A DNA stretch of 64,000 bases from Gracilinanus agilis (Eukaryota). Below are positions 52,659-62,111 of the stretch, in pieces. Positions within the stretch are counted from its first letter, which is position 1, and each line of letters opens with the position of its first letter. Location of the stretch: NCBI RefSeq assembly GCF_016433145.1, contig NC_058131.1, positions 232,169,076-232,233,075 on the forward strand, in the 5' to 3' direction. The translations under genes and the position numbers were made by a program. The notes beneath the pieces were generated by a model that was not told the origin of the DNA, searched no databases, and worked only from the letters and a program-made list of their open reading frames with translations.

Positions 52659-53286
52659 TGTGTATTGAACACAGAACTATTAAGTAGTCAGAAAAACCAA
52701 GTCTTTAATCAGGAAAGTGATGGTGTTCGATATTTAGGTCTCCACACTGAGTCATATGCTCAAAACCACACAGAGCTGGAAAGCCCTGGCACTGTGGCAC
52801 AGTATCCCTGGGAATATCACTCCCTGAGATGACAGCTCTGAGGAACAATGGAATTTAGGGAATTTATATACTACTTGGGAATTGGGGACAAGTGAGTATA
52901 GTTGATTGGCTTTATAAAGGCTACCAAGAAATGAGAAATTCAAGACAGGATTATCAGGGAGAGGCTGATGCTTTACAAAGGACACAAAAGGAAAAGGTCC
53001 AGCTACAGGGCTGGACTACTTGGAAAGGACTTTGATACTTTGGGAGAAACTACCAGGACAAAAGGGTACTTAACATCTGATTGAGTCTTCTAGCTCCACC
53101 TAACTGGAACCACCCAGTACTTCAAGGTCTATTGTTAGTCTGAAACTCTTAGTCTGGGATCTCCCTGGGAAAACTCTTAAGTGACAAGATCAAATTTGGG
53201 GTTTCTAGATTTCAAGTTGCTACAAACTTGGGGTTTCTAGATTTCAAGTTGCTACAAACTTGGGGTTTCTAAATTTCAAGTTAACA
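52659..53286 (-). mobile_element. Solo ERV1-type LTR (LTR-A) inserted into a SINE
   Basis: TG...CA ends; 4-bp TSD ATTC at 52655-52658 and 53287-53290. The host SINE (from about 52491) resumes as attctaagacagaag. On minus: TATATAAA 52863-52870 and ATTAAA 52704-52709. Confidence 0.85.
53191..53286. repeat. Three tandem 32-bp repeats at the U3 end of LTR-A
   Basis: Unit caaacttggggtttctagatttcaagttgcta, starting at 53191, 53223 and 53255. Confidence 0.95.
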
Positions 53287-53374
53287 ATTCTAAGACAGAA
53301 GATATGGATTTGAAGAGAAAACAAACAAACCCCCCAAAAATCCAAGATAGCAAAGAATTGGAAATTGAAGAGTT

Positions 53375-53958
53375 GTCCATCAATTGGGGAATGGTGTAAC
53401 ATGTTATGGTATAGGATAGTTAAAGAATATTATTTGTGTATAAGAAATGACAAGCAGGGTGATTTCAGAAAATTCTGGAAAGACTTATATAAACCGATGC
53501 AAAGTGAAGCAAGCAGAACCATTATTTTTGGATGAACAACTGTGAATGACCTAGATATTCTCAGCAATGCAGTGATTCAAGACAATGTCAGAAACTCATG
53601 ATGAAAAATGCCATCTACCCTCAGAGAAGAAACTGATGGAGTCTGAATATAGCCTAAAACATACTACATTTCACTTTGTTCTTTTTCCTTCCTTTTGTTT
53701 TCATTTGAGATCTCTTCCACAAGAATGACTAATATGGAAAAATGTTTTACATGTTTACACATTTAAAATCTTTATCAGATTGCTTACTGAGGGGAAAGGG
53801 ATTGCAGGGAGGAGAGAGGGCGGGAAGAGTATACGAAAGGAGGGTCAGAAAAAGGAGAGAATTTGAAGCTCAAAACTTAAAAAATTTTTAGAAAACAAAT
53901 GTTTAAAAATTGTTTTTACATGTAATAGGAGAAAAATTAGATATTATTTTAAAAAAAT
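53375..53958 (+). mobile_element. Marsupial L1 3'UTR fragment
   Basis: aattggggaatggtgtaac...agaaatgacaagcagggtgatttcagaaaattctggaaagacttatata...purine-rich ggggaaaggg tract and A-rich end. Confidence 0.7.
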
Positions 53959-54095
53959 CCTAAGAGACTGAAGTATCTGTGGCCCCACAGCAGATAGATA
54001 TGGATCATCATGCTAGGCACTCCAGAGAAAAGATCTAGAGATATCAGAAGGACAGAAACATTTTGGATAAAGGTTACCCTTCAGATAAGATAAAG

Positions 54096-54098
<3 letters not shown>

Positions 54099-54156
<58 letters not shown>
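54099..54156. repeat. (TC)n microsatellite, about 29 units
   Basis: Direct reading. Confidence 0.98.
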
Positions 54157-54160
<4 letters not shown>

Positions 54161-54560
54161 CCACCTTGTTCCCTTCCTTCCCTCCTCTCTCTTTTTCATT
54201 CCCATCCTCTTCCTCCCTTCTGCCTCTCTTCCCTCAACCCACCCTAGGGACTATAGGCCAGAGCCTAGGAACTGCTTGGCCTAAATTACAACATGGACAA
54301 TGAATTTAAAACATAAGTTTATAGGCCTCTTAAGTCTCAGGAGAAGGAATGGATATTGGAAAGATTTCTTTACTTTCTACCTCAGATTCTGACTACAGAG
54401 GCTACAAAAACATTTGGGCTTGCATGATTACAGACCCTGAAGTAGAGTTCACATTAAACACATTTGGTCACCAGCTATTTGAGTTTCCTGGTCAAGAATA
54501 GTTTTCTTTACCTTTCTTGGCAAAAAGAAAAGTTGTGAGTTTTCTGTTGCTGCTTAGAAT

Positions 54561-55124
54561 TGTTGATGTGGAATCTAGAGACTCCCAAACTTGTAGCCCA
54601 GTAAGATCTGATGACCCCCAGTTTAGTTAGCTTGAAGATGAAAGCCCCAAGTTTGACCTGTCACAAGAGAGTCTTTCCCTAAGGGAAAGTTCAATTTCAG
54701 AAGTCTCAGACTAACAATAGACCTTAAAATAGTTCAAGTGGGGATGGCTAATCCCAACAGGTGTTAAGCATCTCTTTTTGTCCCAGTAGTTTCTCCCCTC
54801 AGGTCAAAGTCCTTTACCAAGGTAGCCCAGCCCTCTGGTTGGATCTTTCCCTTTTGTGTCCATTGTAAAGCATCAGCCTCTCACAGTTACTTCCCTCTGG
54901 GACTCCTCATTTTCTTTGTTACCCTTGTGAAGCTAATCAACTATCCTTTCTCATCCTCAGTCCCTAGTTCCCCTAAAAAGGTATTTAAGTTTCCCAATTT
55001 TAATGGCTCTTTGGAGTTTTCCATCTAAGTGGTGGGACTCCCAGAGTTCACAAAATCTGGAGACACTGTGAGGGTTTGTGGCACACAGCTCTCTTTCTCA
55101 GCCAAGGTTGTTGACCTTCAACTA
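54561..55124 (+). mobile_element. Solo LTR (LTR-B) nested in LTR-D
   Basis: Starts tgttgatgtggaatctagagactcccaaacttgtagc, similar to the LTR-A U3 terminus. Flanked by the direct repeat (ta)gaat at 54555-54560 and 55123-55128. Confidence 0.6.
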
Positions 55125-55397
55125 GAATTAAAACTCTCTCCAGAAGATAGGAAGGGAAAACCAGCTATCCACTCACCCAAGTTCCCTTCAAGAGGTAGGT
55201 CAAGATGATGACTCTTGAGCTGAATGTGACCCCTGAGGCCAACTTTCTTCCTTGAGTAGACCTTCCTCAAGCCGAGTTCCTTCTTGAAGTCCAACTCCTT
55301 CTTGAAGCTAACTTCTTTCTTGGAGTCGACTTCCCTAGCCCCAGAAATTCAAGGCCTTTTATAGTGGCTTCTTGTCCCATCCTCTTTTCACAAGGGC

Positions 55398-55819
55398 TGT
55401 TGGGGTCCGAATGGATTGCCACCCAAGGAGCACACGGAGACAATGCAATCCAAGCAAAGGGAAGTCTTTATTTCTAGTTCGAGCTAGGGGAGCTCAGCAA
55501 AGGAGTTCCAGTGATGTATATTCAGAGCAAAGATTATATACGTTTGGGATTCCAGGCTGGTGGTTAAGGGGGGTCAAGGGATGGCGGGTAAGGTGGCGGG
55601 TATTGACAGACTTAGGGGCGCCCTATAGTTCCTGAAGTGTAACTTCTATAGCCTTTGTAGTTAGAGAGCCTTTGTAGTTAGTGGTTTTGGCTGTTTTCCC
55701 CAAACATGTAGGGGGTTCCTAGCTGGTTTCGGCTATGGCTATTTTTCTCTTTGTCTCTTCATTTTGTAAGGGGCAGGGGACTTTGACCTATGAGCTACAA
55801 TCTAGTTTCAGCTAGTTCT
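55398..55819 (-). mobile_element. Solo LTR (LTR-C) nested in LTR-D
   Basis: 4-bp TSD GGGC at 55394-55397 and 55820-55823; AATAAA on minus near 55465. Removing it restores cacaagggccaaccatagcttcc, which matches the LTR-G homolog. Confidence 0.7.
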
Positions 55820-56871
55820 GGGCCAACCATAGCTTCCTAATTGCCCAGCACTGCCCAGGGGGCACTGTTTGTGGAAACCATTTCTCACCTTCAGAAGAGG
55901 TGAATACTCATCAAAAGAGTTCACAGATTCTTGGCTGACTGAGGTATGAATTTCCTGGCTGATTGAGTTGAAAGGATGGAGAGCTCCTCCACCTAGTGTT
56001 AAATTGGGTGTTCCAGCTTTCGTTGATTCAGTTCAAAAGTAGACAAAGGAGAGTTAATCCTGTCTTCACAATCTAGTGAGGTAATAAGTAAGGATACTTA
56101 AGTTATTGTTAACCAAGTGTCAATTCAAAATAGACAAAGGGAGTAAAAGATTCCCTTTTACAAGTGTAAACTCAGAATAGACAAAGAGAACAAAGAATTC
56201 CCTTTTCACAGTTGTATACAAGCAAATAAAAAATCTTTGATAAAAATTATCTGGAGAGCTGTATCTTAGTTTATAATATTTATTAAATAATAAAAAGCAG
56301 GCCAAAGAAAGAAAAAGCACCAGCTACATGTTGCTGGCCACTCTCTAAGTAGCCTGTGCAAGCCCCAAGCAGACCTCACACCTCCTCAGTCCTCTATTCC
56401 AAGAGAAGAAAGCTATTTCTTCTCCCTTCTGCAAATTTATCTTCTTATGAAGTCCCTTTCCTGTGTATCTTTGATGGGAGGACCCAGACCTCAGTCCAGA
56501 GAAGAGGCAGGTCTTTTGGACCTACCATACACTTTTACCATGCACTTTTCTCCACATGGCTCTGCCTGGCTCATTTAATTGCTTCACCACTCAAGAGGCT
56601 TGTTATAGATAAACAAAAAACTTGTTTCCACCTTGCTTCAGCAAGGGGGGAGAAGCAAGTTCCTAGCTTCAATCTTAAGATCAAACTTTTTTTTTCCTTT
56701 TAAAAACCAAAGGTTGTCTTAGGGTATCAAAAAGTACTTCATATCAATATTAATTTTCCACAATATATAGGGAAACTTCCTATACTTTCTAAAGCTAAAA
56801 CATCAGTCCTTTTCATATGGAAGGTACTAGTCCTCTACCCTTTATATGCAGGCTTCTAGGCTTATATCTAC

Positions 56872-57069
56872 TTTTTTTTTTTTTTTTAATTTTAAACCCT
56901 TAACTTCTGTGTATTGACTTATAGGTAGAAGATTGGTGAGGGTAGGCAATGGGGGTCAAGTGACTTGCCCAGAGTCACACAGCTGGGAAGTGTCTGAGGC
57001 CGGATTTGAACCCAGGACCTCCTGTCTCTAGGCCTGGCTCTCAATCCACTGAGCTACCCAGCTGCCCCC
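56872..57069 (-). mobile_element. Young SINE1_Mdo-type SINE
   Basis: Full length; TSD cttatatctactttt. Confidence 0.9.
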
Positions 57070-57726
57070 TTATATCTACTTTTAGTTCTACCAAAGAAAA
57101 GTCAAACAAAGAAGGGATTTAACAAAGAGAGAAGGAAGAGCTCTTCAATTCTTATGAAATACCGACTTGGCTAGGCTTGTCTTTTATTTAGCATTCCTCC
57201 TATTTTTTCCTCCTGGAAGGCACTAAAAGAGAAAAAAAAAAAGTTTCTGTGATTTGTCCAGCCCCAGGAGAATTATCATAAATAGTTTCATTACTTATAG
57301 TTTTGTGATGGCATGATTTTCAAAAAGAATGAAATTTTTTTATGGCAACCATACTAGATATGTCCAAAACATTTGGATAAATATCAAACTTGCAGAATGC
57401 TGGGTAACAGTCTTCTGATGCTAAGATCTGGGACACTCAACCATCCCTTGCATTTGGAGGTCAGACAATCAGTGTATCAGCTAGACATAGCTGCTTGGAT
57501 AGTCAGGATACCCGGGAGAACCTTGGAATCTAGCAGAGACAACCATGATGGCTCTGAACCTTGAAACTTTCTATCAGACACCAAAGGTCACCTGGAGGCA
57601 AATTAGGAAACAGCAGCTGGTATTACATGCGTGAGACTAGGGAGCTCTACTTACTGTGTGGAGGGACTATTATTTCCCCACTCAAGAACCAGGATTGTTT
57701 CCTTTCTGCCTTTGTCTCCTCAGTGC

Positions 57727-58500
57727 TGTCTATCTGGAAAAATATAGAACCCACTAAAGCAGTTATAAAAGAACACATCTTTAATTAGGAAAAGAGAGGC
57801 AATGCTTTTATGACCAAGGCAGAGTATTACACACACACACACACACACACACACCACCACCACCACACAGAGCCAAGCTCTGAGACTCTGGGAACAAAGT
57901 CTCTAGGGAAAACACCAAAACAAGGGGAATTTCCATCCAACTAAAGAACTTGGGGTTCTATTTATACCTTAGGGCAATGATGGCAAACATTTTAGAGACA
58001 GAGTGCCTGCCCCCCTCCTTTCCCTCCTCCAGACAGGGCAGGGAGGAAGCACTCCCATTGGCTGCTGGGCAGAGGGGCAGGGGAAGGGAGGAATGTCCTC
58101 AGGTACGTGGAGAGGGGGAAGGGAACAGCTCCACCTGAGTCCCTCTGGCTTTCTAGTAATGAACTCTGACTACAGGTGTGCCCACAGAGAGGGCTCTACT
58201 GCCCTTTTTGGCATGCATGTCATAGGTTCCCTATCACAGCTTTAGGAAATATAACCAAAAAGAAACAATTGGTTAAATTGGGGTTTGGGAAAGAGGTTGT
58301 AGCCTGAGGCATAAATACAATAAAAGAAACTAAGAAAACAAATACACACAAAATTCTTAAGATTTGACTATCTTTACCACTCCTATCCAGGGTGTTCAAT
58401 AGTCCCAGACTATTGTTTAGTCAGGGACAAGGGTCAGTCTGGGAATTTTCTTAAAGGTGACTTCCCATGGGATAAAGATAAATTTGGGGTTTCATAAACA
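57727..58500 (-). mobile_element. Solo LTR (LTR-E), same family as LTR-F and related to LTR-A
   Basis: TG...CA ends; TATAAATA (57959-57966) and ATTAAA (57780-57785) on minus; internal (AC)n at 57829-57852. Confidence 0.75.
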
Positions 58501-58627
58501 GGGATGTCAACACCTAAACACAAACTCAGACCTCCTTTATCCTTATTCTGTACAATTCAACAAGTATTTATTAAGTACCTACTATATGTCTACTATGTAT
58601 CTAAGCATTGTGCATAAATAAAAACCT

Positions 58628-58985
58628 TGTTTATGAAGCCCCAAATTTACCTTTGTCCCAAAGGGACTGTCTTCAAGAAACTCTCTGGCTAATCCTGGTC
58701 CCAGACTGAACTATAGGCAATCAAGTACCCACTGAATACTCTGGATAAGAATGGTGAATATAGTCAAGTCTTTTTGTCTTCTAAGTTGCTCTTATTGTAT
58801 TTAGGCCTCTCCCTGGTATCCTAGTGTAGGACTACAACCTCTTTCCCTATCCCCTATAGTAACTAGTAAGTTGTCTCTCTTTGGTTATATCCCATAAGGT
58901 ATAACATAATCTCAAGTTCTTTGGTTCAATGGTAATTCCCATTCTTGGCATTTTTCCCAGAGACATAGTTCCCAGAGTCTAAGAG

Positions 58986-59048
<63 letters not shown>

Positions 59049-59147
59049 GACTCTGTGTGGTGGCCATAAGATCATTGTCTCCTTTGACCTGATTAAAGAC
59101 AGGTTCTTTTGTAACTGCTTTCGTGGTTCTGTTTCTTCAGGTTGACA
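58628..59147 (+). mobile_element. Solo LTR (LTR-F), inverted relative to LTR-E
   Basis: Starts tgtttatgaagccccaaatttacc and ends cttcaggttgaca; ATTAAA 59092-59097; internal (TG)n at 58989-59046. Confidence 0.75.
58989..59046. repeat. (TG)29 microsatellite within LTR-F
   Basis: Direct reading. Confidence 0.98.
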
Positions 59148-59148
59148 T

Positions 59149-60268
59149 TGTTAAGGGCTAAATTTTGGGTAGAAGCTCAGAAATGTTAGGAGAGCACTTT
59201 GGTAAAATACAAAACATTTAGTTTATTTTGGGAAGAAGTTCAGATAGGAAATAGGAAGGAGGAAAGTGAGAATATTACTTTAATATCTTATAGCTAAACC
59301 TAAAATCCTAAACCTAACTAAAAATTTTCTTCTGCCTGAGCCTGGTTAGGCCTAACTTAACTACACTGTCTATTGTAAAAGGGAATTCTTGGTTATCTTT
59401 GAGTTCACACTTGTGAAAAGGGAATCCTTTGTTCTCTTTGCCTAGTTGGAGTTAACACTTTCGTTGGCAATAACTTTGAATCAACACAAGCTTGAACTAG
59501 GTGGGAGAAGCTTGAAAACCACTTAGTGAATTCATACACTACCTAGTGCTAGGTGAGAAACCAACAAGATGCTTGGAGAGTTCCACTCTTTTTCCTAACT
59601 CAAACAGTCAGAAACTTGTTCACACCCTCAGAAAGTGTGAACCTTTTTGATGAGCATGCACACCTCCAGAAGGTACAAACTAGTTCCCACAAAGACCACC
59701 CTCTGGACAGTGCTAGACAATTTGGAAGCTGTGATTGGCCCCTGCGAAAAGGGGCAGGGACAGGAAACCACCATAAAAGCCATGAAGGCAGTCTGGTGGA
59801 AGATAAAGCTGGTGAAAAGCTGGTGAAGGCTTCTGGAGAATGAAGTCTTCTGGCTGAGTCTTCTAGCTTTCCCGGTTCATGGAGGAGTGCTGGCTGGGAT
59901 GCTGAGACTTTGGTGAGACTGTTCTCAATATCTTCTTTGGAATTCCACGTAGTGAATTTAAAGACTGAATCTTCCTGAACTTTTCTTAAGGAACTTCCTT
60001 TTAATAGAGACTCTGTGAGTGAAGCTTTGCTTCATTCACCTCCGGGCCTCTGGCCCTCTGACTCTTGGCTGAGGGTTAATTAGATCTACCTAGGGGATCA
60101 TAGCAATTTATCTACTGTGTTAGATTCTTATTTCTTCAACCTCTTCTCAATTGAAAATACATTTCCATAAAAGTCAATTTTGACTTGAGGTTATTCCTTA
60201 ATTGGAGAAATTTCCCCTAGCAACCACGTTTTAATATATTTGACCAAAAAACCCTTTTCCCCCTTACA
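59149..60268 (+). mobile_element. Long solo LTR (LTR-G)
   Basis: tgttaagggc...ccccttaca ends; TATA-like ccataaaag near 59772; tandem aaaagggaa motif shared with LTR-D. TSD not clearly recoverable. Confidence 0.55.
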
Positions 60269-61406
60269 CTATCTAAAATTTATATTTACTACCTATCTAT
60301 CTAAGCCAATCAATAAACATTAATCTCCTACAACTTCTTAAATCCAGTTTCCTATATTCCAACTGTCAGTAGGTTGAAACTGCCAGTGTTAAAATCATTA
60401 TCTGGGACAAGATGGACGCCACTTTGAATGAAAGGACCAGCAGTTGAGAACCTTGGAATGTCCCTGGGTGCCATGAGCCAAGGGCAAAAAGCAGTTGGCC
60501 CCAGCCCTATAAATAACCCCAAGTGGCAAGACAAAGGGGCTCAGATTGGAGCAGGGACTTGGAAAGGTGGGAGGTGAAGGGTAGACCTGAAACATGTGAC
60601 CTGTTATCTTACTGAGAGAGCTAGAGAGCAATCACCATCCTTGTTAATAGAGCTGAGAAAGTTTACTGACATCATCATTCAACATCATCAAATAGCCTTC
60701 CCTAATCTTGGCTTGGCTTTGGCCAAGTCAGGTCAGAGTTAGTGAGAGGGTGAAGAACCTCCAGTTTCTACTAAACCTAGCAATCTCCAGACCTTGATCA
60801 ACAACCTAGATTATTAGCCTAAATAAGTAGAAATAGGGTTCCTAGATCCTCAATCCTGTTCCCTTGTTTCCTAACCCCATCAATAGATTCAATGCAGTAT
60901 TTACCATCAAGTACCTTTCCTGAGTGGTTATTATACCAAAGCCCTTGGAAAAGGGAGATCCGATACAGCAGTTAGATTACACTGTTATCTAATAGCTAAT
61001 CAATAGCCCTCATCAACAACTAATCCAACCTCAGGTTGGGACCTAGTGAGGTTAAGTATCCACACAACCTCTCAGGGGTTCCCTGCCTGGGCAAACTGTT
61101 AGAAAGGGTAGCTGACAAGCTTATTCAACCAAGCCTGTCAGGGAGGAGAGGCATAGATTATACCAACAACAACTGCATAGAGGCCTGTGAGAGGAAAGTT
61201 CTCTTTCACCAACTACAACCAGCTTAGGTCTGAGCATATAATCCCTCCTCCATCCATACTATCAATTTCTCTGGGATCTCTATACCATCATAACACCAGT
61301 CTTACTGAGACAAAGAAAGACCAACCTCCTGCTCTCTGGGAATCCAGAGAAAAAAGAAGCCTCTCTCTTAACTATCTTTCTCTTATATACCTTCCTCATC
61401 TCCTAA

Positions 61407-61804
61407 GTGACAGAATCTTCAGCTCTCTCCTGCTTTTATTTAGACATATTTCTGTTCCAACCTTTTTCTGCCTCTTAAAGAGACAAAGGGAAAGAGAAAG
61501 AAACTCCCTTTAACAAAACTCCCCTGAGGTCCTTTGGCAGACCAGTCTCCCCAATGGATCTTACAAGCAAAACTATCTAACTCTATATTAGAAACAGGCA
61601 GAAGAGAGAAAGAAAGAAAGTCAAATTTTACAACATGAAAGTCTCAAATTATATACAATTACATATACTTACAGTTACAGAGTAATCAAATTCTGACTAT
61701 ACAGAAATAAGAATCTAAAGATATTAATCCATATTTACCTTACAGTTACTATGTACAAAAAAATCTACAAGAACATTATATACATGAACATTATATACAT
61801 ATAA
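61407..61804 (-). mobile_element. Putative 3' LTR of the ERV (boundaries approximate)
   Basis: Directly follows the polypurine tract AAGGGGGATA (61805-61814, minus). AATAAA on minus near 61435; 15-bp tandem gaacattatatacat x2 at 61771-61800. Confidence 0.45.
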
Positions 61805-62111
61805 TATCCCCCTTAGGTGGATGTTGATCAATGCTTATAACCCTTTGTAACACCTTATCATTTATGTATCTTTTAATTAATTTAACTTTTTCTATAAGCC
61901 TATAAAAGTATATTAATAATAATCATTTGTAAACAGAAATCACTTTAACATAACTTAAATTATATACTTACCTATTGGGTATTACTCATTCTATTTCAAA
62001 ACCAAACCTTTATGGATGAGAAAATCAAACGTTTTATTAAAATGCAAAATATAAGTTCAGGAGTTCAATGTCATTGAAAATAGTGTCCAGTTGTCTCTTT
62101 GATGCATGCAG

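Larger units (their letters stand above)
54300..56762 (-). mobile_element. Host LTR (LTR-D), interrupted by LTR-B and LTR-C; left boundary uncertain
   Basis: TATA (ttttatag near 55357). Segments 55350-55393 plus 55820-55870 and 56130-56215 align with the reverse complement of LTR-G. The right end ttttccaca gives a TG start on minus. Confidence 0.5.

Noticed and set aside
53191-53286. Three 32-bp direct repeats resembling a CRISPR array
   Set aside because: The repeats are contiguous with no spacers, lie inside a TSD-flanked LTR in mammalian DNA, and have no cas genes nearby.
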